Below are positions 46,279 through 57,648 of a DNA stretch of 64,000 nucleotides, piece by piece. Position 1 is the stretch's first letter, and the number at the start of each line of letters is the position of its first letter. This DNA is from an uncultured virus (IMG/VR IMGVR_UViG_3300032116_000127) (Duplodnaviria > Heunggongvirae > Uroviricota > Caudoviricetes): IMG/VR virus record IMGVR_UViG_3300032116_000127; one strand, 5' to 3'. Under the pieces are notes generated by a model. That model made no database searches and had not been told where the DNA came from. It worked only from the letters and a program-made list of their open reading frames with translations. The position numbers and the translations under genes were made by a program.

Positions 46279-48195
46279 TTATACGTTTGCCATATACGTT
46301 AAATTAATTAATAACGTACTTGTACCTGTTAAATTTGCAACTGTTGCATCAGTTGAACCATCAGTAGTAATTTGCAACGTTAATGTATTTGGTATTGTAG
46401 TGACATATGGATTTGTCATACCAGTGGTATTTGTAGTTAAAATAGGCGAATATTCATCTATTATATTACCACTATTATTTATTAGAAATGGTAAGCTACC
46501 AATCTTAATAGAACCAGAATTTCCTACTCCTAACGAAGATATAACCATACGAATACTTATATGAACTAATCTTCCAATTTTAATAAATTTTCCTGCTGTT
46601 GTTGAAAGCACTATTGGTGTTCCACCAATCGTAGCTGGAACAAGTGTAGGTGAAAAGTCACCCTCTCTATATTCATCAAGTGTATTTGCGTCTACACTTG
46701 GATTTGCCGATCCAGGAAATACTATATTTCCATTAGTATTAATTACGCCATTAAAAGTGACTGCAGAAGAATATGATTGAGTACTACCAGATGTTGGATT
46801 ATGTGGTGTATATCCAATATTTGCAATCGCTGCACCAGCAGCAAGTTTTGAACTTGTAATTGTTGAATTAGCTATTTTAGTTCCAGTTATTGTTAAATCT
46901 TGAAGAGCAGACGCAGTTATAGAACCATCTGTAAAAGAATTTCTTGAAACTGTGCTAAATCCTAAATGAAGTACATTTACATTTACTCCAGCATTTAATG
47001 GAGATTGAGTCACTAACTCATTCCCATTTTGTAAAGTGTATCCTGTTGTGTCAGTTTGTACTACTCCATTCAGAGTCACTAAAATACTCTGAACACTTAC
47101 AGGCACTTTTGATAATGTAAATGTTTGTTGACCTTGTGTAGCTGTAAATTTATCAACTGTAAAAGTTTTTAAATTATCTGATAAAGCTAAATCTGTGACA
47201 CTTCCAGCTGTAGGATTTATTTGATAATTACTTCCACCCATGTGGTTAATTAAAATTTTTTGTCCTAATTTTGGATAACCTGTAAATTGTAATGCTTTAA
47301 ATTTTAAAGTTGAAGCTGCAGTTATAGAAAATGTTCCAGCTATAACGTTTTCATATGTGATTGTATCATTTAAATAATTTACTGATTTTGGTTCTTTATA
47401 AGAAATAGATTGTCCACCATTCCCTACTGTGACAAAATTTGCAGTAGAGGTTTGAATTACATCTATATAACTTGATGTAGCATTTGCAACTATTCCAGTT
47501 GCATTAGAACCAGTTTGTGTTATTAGATCAGAAATTTTAGGTGCTTCTATTTCAGTAGAATGAGAAAATACTGTAAAATATTTGTCATCTGATAATATTG
47601 CTCCAGTATTTGCTCTCGGAGTTAATCCACTTGGTGTTAAAGCCAAATAATCATTTGCAGTGACATCATAAATTATTACATATTCAGTGATTCCATTATT
47701 TAAAAATGTACCAGATACAGTTATACCAACAAAAGGATTTGGTTGAGTAAGTGAATCTGTTTTATTTAAAGTGATAGAAGCAATTAAATTATTATTTGAA
47801 ATTAAACGTTGTTCTAATCTAAAGGTGTTTGCAGATCTTCCTGTAAATGAACCAGTTCCATTTAATAATGCATTAACTGATTGATATACATTTCCAGATA
47901 AAGAATAATCTACAACCCCTGTGTATATACTTCCAGTTGGTTTTGCAATTGTAACATTTTTAACACTATTTGTACTAGCATTTGAAAGAGTTAATCTTTG
48001 AATATCTTTAATAGTATAAGCACTAATTGGTTCTTGAGGAACGTTGTCAACAAAAGCAAGAACATTACTTTCAAATCCTCCAGGAACTTCCTGTGAAAGA
48101 ACATATTCTCTTTGTGTACCATTTCCAACAAATTCATCTCTTGGACGAATTTGAGTTGTAAGTGGTGATACTGCTGATGAACCAATATAAGCCAT
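46279..48195 (-). CDS. Fibre-like protein (MAYIG type)
   Basis: MAYIG, F.GNG, NGV.Q, LDEY.EG.F.P, G.F.KIGRLV C-terminal fibre domain. Confidence 0.7.
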   Translation of the reverse strand: MAYIGSSAVSPLTTQIRPRDEFVGNGTQREYVLSQEVPGGFESNVLAFVDNVPQEPISAYTIKDIQRLTLSNASTNSVKNVTIAKPTGSIYTGVVDYSLSGNVYQSVNALLNGTGSFTGRSANTFRLEQRLISNNNLIASITLNKTDSLTQPNPFVGITVSGTFLNNGITEYVIIYDVTANDYLALTPSGLTPRANTGAILSDDKYFTVFSHSTEIEAPKISDLITQTGSNATGIVANATSSYIDVIQTSTANFVTVGNGGQSISYKEPKSVNYLNDTITYENVIAGTFSITAASTLKFKALQFTGYPKLGQKILINHMGGSNYQINPTAGSVTDLALSDNLKTFTVDKFTATQGQQTFTLSKVPVSVQSILVTLNGVVQTDTTGYTLQNGNELVTQSPLNAGVNVNVLHLGFSTVSRNSFTDGSITASALQDLTITGTKIANSTITSSKLAAGAAIANIGYTPHNPTSGSTQSYSSAVTFNGVINTNGNIVFPGSANPSVDANTLDEYREGDFSPTLVPATIGGTPIVLSTTAGKFIKIGRLVHISIRMVISSLGVGNSGSIKIGSLPFLINNSGNIIDEYSPILTTNTTGMTNPYVTTIPNTLTLQITTDGSTDATVANLTGTSTLLINLTYMANV

Positions 48196-48214
48196 TTTTT
48201 ATTTTCTTAGTTTA

Positions 48215-48538
48215 TTATACGTCTTCTAAAACACTTGCCACAACATCAACTGATGTAGCTGTGTTTGAAACTACTTTTAAAACTTCGTTTGCTTTTAATA
48301 CTATTTTTTGTCCTGATATAAGCTGCAAAGTTCCACCTGCTGGAACTGGAGCATTTTTAACAAGATAAAAATCTGACCCTGATGAAGTTATATAAGCATC
48401 AACTTGAATAGCTGCATTTATTTTATTGCATACATCTAGTTCAATTACGATACTTTTTTTACTCACAGGTGTTGTGTATATAGTTGCAGGCGAAGTTCCT
48501 ACGTCTCTTGCTAGACCATTTGTAAATACATTTGCCAT
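48215..48538 (-). CDS. Small beta-sandwich virion adaptor
   Basis: MAN.F, YT.P, CN, LVKNAPVP.G..L....GQK.VL, D...S.LE. Confidence 0.65.
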   Translation of the reverse strand: MANVFTNGLARDVGTSPATIYTTPVSKKSIVIELDVCNKINAAIQVDAYITSSGSDFYLVKNAPVPAGGTLQLISGQKIVLKANEVLKVVSNTATSVDVVASVLEDV

Positions 48539-48542
48539 TCTA

Positions 48543-48752
48543 TTATCCTAGTGCGATTGTTATAGCCAAAGAAAATCCACGTGCTTCATTTATACCAGAA
48601 ACTAAATCTGGTTGTGCATTATCAAGTAATGCTAAATCACCAATGTAATCTTCTTGGTTATTAGTTTTTGTAATTACTTCATTCGTTTGAACACGCCATT
48701 GATCGAACGTATTCGCCTGAGATACAGTATTTACAACTGCTTGTTTTGCCAT
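48543..48752 (-). CDS. Small virion protein
   Basis: NTFDQWR..TN, DLV..INE, ends LAITIALG. Confidence 0.6.
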   Translation of the reverse strand: MAKQAVVNTVSQANTFDQWRVQTNEVITKTNNQEDYIGDLALLDNAQPDLVSGINEARGFSLAITIALG

Positions 48753-48755
48753 TGT

Positions 48756-48971
48756 TTATTTTCCTTGTACTATTTGTTTTAAAATATTCTTAATTTCTGA
48801 TATATCATTCTTAAGACTATTTATTTCATTCTCTATTATTCTTGAACGAAGACTTGCATTCTCTTGTATTTTTTTATATTCTTCGTATTCAGAATTAGAT
48901 GTGTTAATTACTGCTTGTGTATGAATATCCCTTTTTAAATTAGGATGATCTTTCACTTTAACAAATTTCAT
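48756..48971 (-). CDS. Small coiled-coil protein
   Basis: KV..HP.L.RD....AVIN; usual neighbour of VrlC-like genes. Confidence 0.65.
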   Translation of the reverse strand: MKFVKVKDHPNLKRDIHTQAVINTSNSEYEEYKKIQENASLRSRIIENEINSLKNDISEIKNILKQIVQGK

Positions 48972-48974
48972 ATA

Positions 48975-51900
48975 TTAACTATAAGCAATTACTCTTAAAT
49001 TTTTAACTTTTGGTACATAAACAGGATTTGTTGATTTAAATACTAACTTAACCTGTAAGTTTTTAAATGCAGCAATATTCTCTAATGTAGCAATTCTTTC
49101 TCTAAACACATCTAATGAGTCTTTTGATGTAATAGGTAAAGTTATTGAATTAAATTTTAACGTATTTAAATTTACTTCATCGTTCCAAGCACGATAATAA
49201 AGAGTTAAATCTGTATCGTTTGGTATATTTGCATCAAATATAACTTTAATATTATTTGCTGGATTTGTTAATGCTAATGTACGAGTTATATAGTTAGCTA
49301 AATTTGTAGATCCAGTTGGAGCATAGTCATCAACAAAAGCATCGTACTGTTGTATTTTCCAAGAAGCTAATGGTTTTCTTACAGCCATAACAACACCACT
49401 AATTGCTACTGTAGCATTTGCTGAAAGTGTAATTGACCCAGCAGCAACAGCAGTCACTGTTCCAACTACTTTTTTCTCTAATCTTTGTGCTGTTCCACCA
49501 TCTGGTGTCACTACATCATAAAGCGTTGTTGATACAATAATATCACCTGCTGAAATTTTTGATGTATTATCTGCAGTTGATGTAATAGAAGTGCTATTTG
49601 TAAGAGAAGTTTGAACACCATCTAAATTAAATTCTAAAAAGTCATTTACTACATCAAGGAACATAGTGTTTGTTGTAGGAATATTTACAAATGGTCTATC
49701 TAGTGTAATTGTCACTTTATTTCCATCTGCTGAACCTGCAAATCTATCTAAACTAAATTCCTCAGCTACATTTGCTATTTCATATGTTCCGTCTAATTTA
49801 TTTGCGTAAATTCCTGTTAAAATTAATTCTGCTCCAATTTGCGTATTAGCTAATAAATTATCAGCAGCATCAATCCAAGTCACTAACTGACCATTTCCTG
49901 AAGCATTATGAGATAATTGAACTACTGATCTTGCAACTATTTTGTAAGCAACACCAACTGCATTTGTTGCAAGAGCATTTGCAGTTAATACGATTGTAGT
50001 TGCGTTTGTAATTGTATCAATTACACCAATTGCAGTATCTCCTACTCGAAGTGTATCCCCAACTCTTGCTTCAGTTGTAAATGATGTGCCAACACCAGTC
50101 ACTGTAGTAGATGCTGTGCTTGTAGTTATTGTTCCTGTTCCTGTAATAAAAGTATCTGAATCTACAATTGTGTTATTAACTAATATATTTCGATTATCAA
50201 CACCAGAAACATTTAAATTAGAACCAGTTTTATTATCTATTGAATTTGAAATAGCATAAATTGATGCTTTTTGTAAATCAATCACAGGTGATATGTTTGG
50301 ATTATTTGATCTTAATTGAGCACGTATTTTTAAACTTGGTCTCTTTAATAAAGGAGACGTTGAAAGTAATACTTGGTTCTCATAAGATTTAATTACTTTT
50401 CTATTCGTAAAATAATAGTTTTCATTCGCAACTATTGGTAAGAAATCAGTAGGTGTACCAGCAGCATCTGAAGCAGAAACAAAATAATTTATACTTGTGT
50501 CTGTAAAAATTAAATCGTTAGTTTTTAAATAAATGGCATCTACATTTAATTGACGAGAACATAAAACATTTGTTCCACCAACATTTGATTTTACAAAGTT
50601 AGCAGTTGATCCTGTTAATAAATTTACACCATTTGCATCAGTAGTTTGTAATTGTATCATGAAAGAATCTTTTGTTAATCCTTCAGCTAATACTAAATGA
50701 GATCCATTTAATAATGTATGTGGTGCACCATTTGGTGAAGTTGCACCATAAAGTCCTGGAGCAACACCTGATATAATTGCAACATCATTGAAATTAAATC
50801 CATGATTTCTTGCTCTTACTCTTACATGTGGTGTTGATGGAGTAAATTCAAAAGGATTTTCATCTAATGTATATGTAATTGGTGGATTAGCTTTTAATTC
50901 AACATCAGCAACAACACTTGTATCAAATGTACAAGAATATAATTTAAATTTCATATCCAATAAAGGATTAATTTTATATTCTTGTGAATTTTGTGATAGA
51001 TATAAAGATCCAGTTAATGGTTGTTGAGTAATAATGTTTGTAGTAATTAAATCAGATTCTCCTAATTCAGAAATAAATATTTTTGCTCCTGGCTCGTCTG
51101 TTCTTACTACGATAGCATAAGTTTCATTATCTTGTAAATATACAGGTGCTAAAAATTTAAAGTTAGTTGCAGCTGAACCATTTGTTGATGTATTAATCTC
51201 AGAAGGAGATTTTGTCACAGTTGTAAATGGAACTACACGTGAAGATGGTACACCATTATTAGTCACTCTTAATTCAACAATAATAGGTCTTGCTCCTGCT
51301 TCTTCAAAATATAAATCTACTGAGGAAACGAAAGCCCCACCTTTTGATGACACGACAAATGTTTGTGCTACAGGATCATGACCACGTTGAATTGTGTAAA
51401 GTAATCGAGTAGTTGTAGTTGTACGTCTTGCTGGAATTTCTTCATATATTCTATCTTGTACATATCTTACATCTCTTGAGTTTACAATAGTTCTTTCTTT
51501 ACTTAAAGTTGTACCAGATGCAATATAAGAAGCAGATCCTTTCGAATCAAAATCAGCATCATTATTTGAAATATTATCGATTAATTTAAATGTTCTTTCT
51601 CCTGTTCTAAACATATTTTCTGGTATATTAAATACACAGCAAACTGAACCATTAGAGTCAGTACGAATTGTATCTCCTACTGATTTCATTGTAGGAGCGA
51701 TTGAAGAATCTGTTCCATTATTAATTGCAGTTATTGTTACACGATTCTTAGCACCAGATCCTATATCAACTTCTCCAGTTAATACATCACCAATAGCAAA
51801 TCCATTTTTAATATTAATTATTGAAATATTTCGAATAGTTGCCGATGTTTGTGGTCCTTCAAAATTAGCAATACCACTTGCTTGTAATCTTTGTAATCTA

Positions 51901-54900
51901 GCACCATCTCCTGCTGGATATACTGCAGTTGTATAAGAATCAAATGGTTCAATTAATGAACCATCAATTTTTGCTAATGTTATTGTAGTTCCAGCTACTG
52001 CTATAACTTTAAATATTTTTAAATTTAATTGTTTTGAATGATTGTTTCCAAAAGTAGTAATAGTTGAAGTAAAATTATTTTCAATTATAGTTGAAACAAC
52101 TTCAGGATTTGCTCTTACTGCATCAAAGTTATATAAATGAACGTGATGTCCAGGAGAAATTCCTGTAGCAGAAGATACTGTTAATGTAAATGATGTTTCA
52201 CCAAGTGCATTTGTTATATGATTAACTGTTTGGATTACAACTGGTGTATGTTCTGAATTTTTTAGTATATCACCGAAATAAAATGCTGGTTGAAATACAC
52301 CTTGAGAATCTGTTCTTGCTAAATCATCAGAAAGAACTGTTTGAATAGTTTGTTGAACATTAAAGTTTAAATCTGCAGCACCAGCAACTTTTGTTAAACG
52401 AAATACATCTGCTGGTTTAACATAAGAAGAGTCTACTCTTATACCATCAAAAAATGCATAAAATTTAGTATCTGGTTTTAAATTTCTAGCAATAACTGAT
52501 ACAGTTCTTGGACGAATAAAAGGTATATAAGAAATATCTACAACACGATCGCCATAATTTATTTGATTTACACTTCCTGATAATGATGTTTGAATTCCTT
52601 CACGTGATTGCGTTCCTGTTTGAGTTGTAATTGTTTCTTCAAATCCTGCGTTCCAAGTTTCATATGTTCTTACTTGATCAGTTGATCCAGTCCAGTTATA
52701 AGACCACTCGTTCCACTGAGATCCTGTAACACCTAATCTTTCACCTAAAAATCTTATAGCATCATATCCATTATCATCATTCACATTCAGATCTGGTCTT
52801 CTATCAGTTTCTTTCCAGAAATCTCCTTCAGGTGTTAATTCAATCTCGCCTTTAAATGCACCAATTTTATATGGATTTACATCAATAGTTCTTGAAGCAT
52901 TTGGATTAAAAATAAATGATGATTCAGTATATGGTAATGTAATTAAATCATTTGTTCTTTGATAATCTCTACTCGCTCTTTGCGGACCAGAATCTAAGTT
53001 TTCAATAATATCTAAAGCATCTGTAAAGTGCATTGGTCTTAATTCTCTTTTTGCACTATCAACTGCAATACGATAATCAGGATGTTGAACATTACCTACA
53101 CCATGACCTGTAAATTGATCTACTAAAAATCCATTTTTAAATCTATCTAAACCACTTGTAGCTGATTTAATACTAAATGTTGATGTTTCTTTTTCTAATA
53201 AATTTAAACTTGTATAATATTCTAAATTTGAAAGACGTCTTTCAAGGAAACCAATATCACGCATTGTGTATCTACGATTATCACGTTTAAATATTTGTAC
53301 ATCTGATGCTTTTTTAGTATAAGCTGGTAAGAAAACTGTTCCTAAAATTAATCCTTCTTTTGGATCTTCTGGTTGTTTTGGTTCGAATGCTGGTACTCCT
53401 GTAAGAATAGAAAAATTACCAACACTGTCTAAAATTATTTTATCCCATCGTGGTAAATAATTTGCAATACTTGTATTAAAATCTGTACCAATTTTTGGTA
53501 TATTTGGTGTAAACGTATTTAATCCAGAAATTACTGGACGATAATCAATAACATCGTGTAATGGGATTGTAGTTGTTGTACCATCAGGATTTGTTATTTT
53601 AAATTCTGGTATATCTTCATAAGGTATAGATGAATAACTATCAACACTGAAATAATTTCCTGTACCACTGTAAGCGAAATATCTATAAACTACTTGTATA
53701 GCACCTGTTGGTATTCCCACACCATCTCTTAATACTAATGCACCTTTTTGATAATGAGATAATCTTTGACCTGAATCTAATGTAAATCTGTCAGTTATAT
53801 TAATTGCACCAGCTGAACTGTATGAATTGTAATTTCCTGGAGTCATAAACACAGAAACTATTTCACAAACATCAGCATGATCTAATAAAATAGATTTACC
53901 TGTTACAGCTAATGCAGTCGTGATAGTTTGTGTATATGAAGTTTTTGTTTTAATTTTTTCTCTAGCACTTACACCAGTTTGAAATATACTTGTTAAAAGT
54001 GTATAACTTCTTGCACCTGTTAATCCAGTAATTGTGATAGTTTTACGATTTGCTTCACTATCAAAAGAAATTGATGCAGAAGTTAAATTTACAACTGTTT
54101 TTGCTACGTTATCAAATAATGTATAGTTTGATAAATCTGTATCAGTTAAGAAAAATTCTGTTGATTCTGTTAATGTGTGAATCCAATCACCACCAGCAGT
54201 TGACGTTGCAGTTATTGTACGTCTTACAGTTTGAGTAGAAGAAAGTACAGTATCTTGAAGTGTTGCTGAATCTAAACCACGTAAAGTTTTTGTATTCTCA
54301 ATTCCTGTATTAAATACTAATGATTGAAATTCAGGATTATAAATTGGTGATGAGCCACGAGCATAAACCACACCTGTGTAATTTGCCGCAAAATTTCTAT
54401 CAATTGTTAATGAAGTTGGAGAAGCTATTGCATCTACAAATCCAACAAATGTATTTGATGTTGTAAGAACTACAGCATCTCCTACTTTAAATTCATCTTG
54501 AAATCTTGTACCAACACCTGTAAGTGTTGCAGCACCAGAAGTACCTGATACTGTACCGATTAAAGATACTGGAGTTGTTGTTTGATCTACTTGTGCGAAA
54601 AATCCAATTGGATTAGTTGCACCAACATCAGTTATCCATTTTACATCTCTCTCAAAATTATAACCTGATTCTAATTTAAGATCAAATAAACCAAGTTTAA
54701 AAGTTGGAGAAGAATAAGAAGATGAATGTAATTGAAACGATTTAATTCTAGCAGTTCCGATTAATCCAGTTTTGTTTATATTAGTTGTTGTTCCGATTGT
54801 TGGTGGAGTAATGTGATTATCAATACCAGCCCAAAGATATATTATTCCAAATGTGCTTATTGGTGGAAGACCTTGTACTGATGAAACTAATATGTGATTT

Positions 54901-56174
54901 CCTACAGTTGTTCCGATAGGTTGATCATCTAATCTTGATATATGTCCATTTTCAACATTATTAATTGGTCTTGCTTTGTTTATACTTAAAAATCTAGTTG
55001 AAACTGATTCAACTTCATATCCTTCGATATATGCTTTTCCTGGATCAACAGCGATTGCTACTTTATCGTTGCTTCCATATGTAATTCCTGCAACTGGAGT
55101 TGCTGGGGTAATAGGAAACACACCACCATTTGTACCAGTGTTTAAATGTTCTCTAGATGTAAGATTAAATTTATTTACTTCGTAAGAACCAGATTCATCA
55201 AATGTTCTTCGAGCAAAAGTTTTTTCTATTTCAGCATAAGAAGTTTTATCAACTTTATGTAATAATTGACCATCTTTTAAACGTAATAATTCTATAAATT
55301 TAATTGTATCTGTTGTGTTTAAAGCAAGTCTTTTTAAATTAACTGAAACTTTATATCTATGTGCTCCTGGAGCAGCAAAGTTATTTGAACCTTGTGCATT
55401 ATCGTTTAATGAAGAATCTTGTTCTGGTGTAATTACTTCTTCTATAACTTCAAACCCTACACGAGCAGTGACAGTATTTGTAAATCTTCCAACATATAAA
55501 TGTAATTCAGGATTTTTTACAAAATATCCATCAATATAATATATTCCTTCTTTCACTTCAACAACTGTTCCATAACCCAATACGTCAGTTGTTGGACTAT
55601 TAGTATAAACAGTTGCAGCTTGACCTGTATCACCGAATGTTTTAACAGTCACTGAAATATCAGATACTTGATTTGCTGTTAATCGATAATTATTTGCAGT
55701 TGTATTATCAGCTGCAGTTGCAGTAATTATTTCTCCTGGAATAAATCTTTTAGTTTCTCCATCAGAAGCAGTGTCAGTCATTTTAAAATAAAGAGTAGCA
55801 ACATTGCTATCTCCTGGAACCATACATCCGCACTCAGATGTATCAATCACAACAGCTTTAACACCTGATGTTTGACCTGTAATTATTTTATCTCTGAATT
55901 GAGTTAGATAAGATGTGACATTTGTATTACCAAATAGATCTTCTAGTTTTGCAAAGTGTACTTGATTATCAAAATTGACTTCTCCTGGAACAACCATTGA
56001 TCCGTTTTTAAAGACATGGTCACCAAAACGACTAATTTGATTTTGAAGGATTGTTTGAAGTTGAGTTAATTCACGTGCTTGTACTGCATATCCTGGACGA
56101 AACAATACACGAAGGAATTGTTTTGACTCATTAAAGTCATCAAAATATGGAGTGACGTTAAAATTTATACTCAT
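48975..56174 (-). CDS. VrlC/DUF4815-like giant baseplate protein
   Basis: N..PYFDDF...K.F..VLFRPG.AVQARELTQLQ.ILQNQ, APGAHR, YTMRDIG.LE.R..NLEYYTSL, DP.AQTF. Confidence 0.85.
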   Translation of the reverse strand: MSINFNVTPYFDDFNESKQFLRVLFRPGYAVQARELTQLQTILQNQISRFGDHVFKNGSMVVPGEVNFDNQVHFAKLEDLFGNTNVTSYLTQFRDKIITGQTSGVKAVVIDTSECGCMVPGDSNVATLYFKMTDTASDGETKRFIPGEIITATAADNTTANNYRLTANQVSDISVTVKTFGDTGQAATVYTNSPTTDVLGYGTVVEVKEGIYYIDGYFVKNPELHLYVGRFTNTVTARVGFEVIEEVITPEQDSSLNDNAQGSNNFAAPGAHRYKVSVNLKRLALNTTDTIKFIELLRLKDGQLLHKVDKTSYAEIEKTFARRTFDESGSYEVNKFNLTSREHLNTGTNGGVFPITPATPVAGITYGSNDKVAIAVDPGKAYIEGYEVESVSTRFLSINKARPINNVENGHISRLDDQPIGTTVGNHILVSSVQGLPPISTFGIIYLWAGIDNHITPPTIGTTTNINKTGLIGTARIKSFQLHSSSYSSPTFKLGLFDLKLESGYNFERDVKWITDVGATNPIGFFAQVDQTTTPVSLIGTVSGTSGAATLTGVGTRFQDEFKVGDAVVLTTSNTFVGFVDAIASPTSLTIDRNFAANYTGVVYARGSSPIYNPEFQSLVFNTGIENTKTLRGLDSATLQDTVLSSTQTVRRTITATSTAGGDWIHTLTESTEFFLTDTDLSNYTLFDNVAKTVVNLTSASISFDSEANRKTITITGLTGARSYTLLTSIFQTGVSAREKIKTKTSYTQTITTALAVTGKSILLDHADVCEIVSVFMTPGNYNSYSSAGAINITDRFTLDSGQRLSHYQKGALVLRDGVGIPTGAIQVVYRYFAYSGTGNYFSVDSYSSIPYEDIPEFKITNPDGTTTTIPLHDVIDYRPVISGLNTFTPNIPKIGTDFNTSIANYLPRWDKIILDSVGNFSILTGVPAFEPKQPEDPKEGLILGTVFLPAYTKKASDVQIFKRDNRRYTMRDIGFLERRLSNLEYYTSLNLLEKETSTFSIKSATSGLDRFKNGFLVDQFTGHGVGNVQHPDYRIAVDSAKRELRPMHFTDALDIIENLDSGPQRASRDYQRTNDLITLPYTESSFIFNPNASRTIDVNPYKIGAFKGEIELTPEGDFWKETDRRPDLNVNDDNGYDAIRFLGERLGVTGSQWNEWSYNWTGSTDQVRTYETWNAGFEETITTQTGTQSREGIQTSLSGSVNQINYGDRVVDISYIPFIRPRTVSVIARNLKPDTKFYAFFDGIRVDSSYVKPADVFRLTKVAGAADLNFNVQQTIQTVLSDDLARTDSQGVFQPAFYFGDILKNSEHTPVVIQTVNHITNALGETSFTLTVSSATGISPGHHVHLYNFDAVRANPEVVSTIIENNFTSTITTFGNNHSKQLNLKIFKVIAVAGTTITLAKIDGSLIEPFDSYTTAVYPAGDGARLQRLQASGIANFEGPQTSATIRNISIINIKNGFAIGDVLTGEVDIGSGAKNRVTITAINNGTDSSIAPTMKSVGDTIRTDSNGSVCCVFNIPENMFRTGERTFKLIDNISNNDADFDSKGSASYIASGTTLSKERTIVNSRDVRYVQDRIYEEIPARRTTTTTRLLYTIQRGHDPVAQTFVVSSKGGAFVSSVDLYFEEAGARPIIVELRVTNNGVPSSRVVPFTTVTKSPSEINTSTNGSAATNFKFLAPVYLQDNETYAIVVRTDEPGAKIFISELGESDLITTNIITQQPLTGSLYLSQNSQEYKINPLLDMKFKLYSCTFDTSVVADVELKANPPITYTLDENPFEFTPSTPHVRVRARNHGFNFNDVAIISGVAPGLYGATSPNGAPHTLLNGSHLVLAEGLTKDSFMIQLQTTDANGVNLLTGSTANFVKSNVGGTNVLCSRQLNVDAIYLKTNDLIFTDTSINYFVSASDAAGTPTDFLPIVANENYYFTNRKVIKSYENQVLLSTSPLLKRPSLKIRAQLRSNNPNISPVIDLQKASIYAISNSIDNKTGSNLNVSGVDNRNILVNNTIVDSDTFITGTGTITTSTASTTVTGVGTSFTTEARVGDTLRVGDTAIGVIDTITNATTIVLTANALATNAVGVAYKIVARSVVQLSHNASGNGQLVTWIDAADNLLANTQIGAELILTGIYANKLDGTYEIANVAEEFSLDRFAGSADGNKVTITLDRPFVNIPTTNTMFLDVVNDFLEFNLDGVQTSLTNSTSITSTADNTSKISAGDIIVSTTLYDVVTPDGGTAQRLEKKVVGTVTAVAAGSITLSANATVAISGVVMAVRKPLASWKIQQYDAFVDDYAPTGSTNLANYITRTLALTNPANNIKVIFDANIPNDTDLTLYYRAWNDEVNLNTLKFNSITLPITSKDSLDVFRERIATLENIAAFKNLQVKLVFKSTNPVYVPKVKNLRVIAYS

Positions 56175-56213
56175 GCTTCTTTATATAGTTGTTAAGAAAG
56201 TAGAAACTAAATT

Positions 56214-57629
56214 CTACATTTCTACGATAATTTTAATATCTTCGATTTGATCGATAGCACGATTGATTGGTCTACGATTTTCAACATAGATCACATCACC
56301 ACTGTCTGGCTGTATTTCTGGATTTGATAAAGCACCAGAAGTAAATGTCACAGCAGTTGGTGTAGTTCCATCAGCAGCATACATCGTCACAGTTTCAGCT
56401 GGTTGAAATGCTACACCAGTTGGATTATCTGTGCTTGTTTGTATGTATCTAATAGTTGTGTTCGCTGTATCAATGCTAGTAATTCTTCCGACTGCACCTG
56501 AAGTACCACCTACGATTTTTCTATCATTTAATAATGTACCAGCTAATGCTGAATAAGCGATTGATTTAGATGCTGTTCTTGTTGAAAGAGTAGCAACAGT
56601 TGTAGAACCAAAATTATAAGGATCACGTATTAATGTGATACGACGATAATCATTGTCAACTGGGAAGTCGCCAGATCCATCATTGTATTCTAATCTTACG
56701 TTCATCATTACATAGAATCCACCTAATTCTTTTATAGCATCAGAACCATGTCCACCTTTTGGTGAAATAATTGCAGTTGCACCAGCATTCGCACCACCAC
56801 CACCTGTGAATGCTACATTGGCATAAGTGTATCCTGAACCACCTGAAGTAATATCTACTCTTATAATTGTGTTTGTACCAGCATCACGCACAGCAGTTGC
56901 TGTAGCACCTGTACCATCACCTGTGATTGTCACAGTTGGAGTACTTGAATATCCTGATCCTACGTTTGTGATAACAATATTATCAATACGTCCGTCAACA
57001 GCAGCTTGTTCAACTAGATATTGATTGTAATATGCATCAGTCACTCCAGGATTTGTTATAAGACGTTTAACTGGAATAAAATCGGTAGAAACGAATTTTA
57101 AAACGTTAGCAGGAGAAACTGTAAACATATATTTCCAAGCATAACCATCAGCTGTAGAAAATATAGCAGTTCCTGTTCCTGTTGGTTTATTTACAGAAGC
57201 AACAACAACACCATTTGAATTTCTGTTATCAATAACTTTATAAACGTTATATTCATCAGTTATCACGAAAAAGTTTGAATCAAATAAAGTTGCAGGAGTT
57301 GTAGCACCACCAGAGTTTATGTTCACTCCAGCAGTCACACCATTATAGTCATGACGATAAATGTCATAATACTTTCCTGATGTCCAATCTCTTCTTGGGA
57401 TTGCTAATATTACATCAGATGCTTGTACTCGCTTTAAAGCGATCATGTCATCCCAGTAATATAATTCGTCGCCGACTGTATCTTTTGGTGTATCTGGTAA
57501 GTTATCATCAGCCCAACTTTGTGGACGACCTATACCAAGATATATTGATGTTGGGGATGCTTCATCGAATCCCTCTAAAAATGATTGCGCATTATGAATG
57601 CGGAATTTGTTTGAAATAATTGCTGCCAT
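56214..57629 (-). CDS. gp8: Baseplate wedge protein
   Basis: GRPQ.W, YNVYK..DN, DGY.WKYMF, P.GGHG....ELG, SG..IYVENR.PI.R..DQ.EDIK. Confidence 0.9.
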   Translation of the reverse strand: MAAIISNKFRIHNAQSFLEGFDEASPTSIYLGIGRPQSWADDNLPDTPKDTVGDELYYWDDMIALKRVQASDVILAIPRRDWTSGKYYDIYRHDYNGVTAGVNINSGGATTPATLFDSNFFVITDEYNVYKVIDNRNSNGVVVASVNKPTGTGTAIFSTADGYAWKYMFTVSPANVLKFVSTDFIPVKRLITNPGVTDAYYNQYLVEQAAVDGRIDNIVITNVGSGYSSTPTVTITGDGTGATATAVRDAGTNTIIRVDITSGGSGYTYANVAFTGGGGANAGATAIISPKGGHGSDAIKELGGFYVMMNVRLEYNDGSGDFPVDNDYRRITLIRDPYNFGSTTVATLSTRTASKSIAYSALAGTLLNDRKIVGGTSGAVGRITSIDTANTTIRYIQTSTDNPTGVAFQPAETVTMYAADGTTPTAVTFTSGALSNPEIQPDSGDVIYVENRRPINRAIDQIEDIKIIVEM

Positions 57630-57648
57630 GGTTATTTTTCCTTAATGT

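Noticed and set aside
40528..48185. Short alternative-frame minus-strand ORFs (40528-40713, 43207-43416, 47991-48185)
   Set aside because: Nested in long structural genes with no RBS or recognisable motifs.
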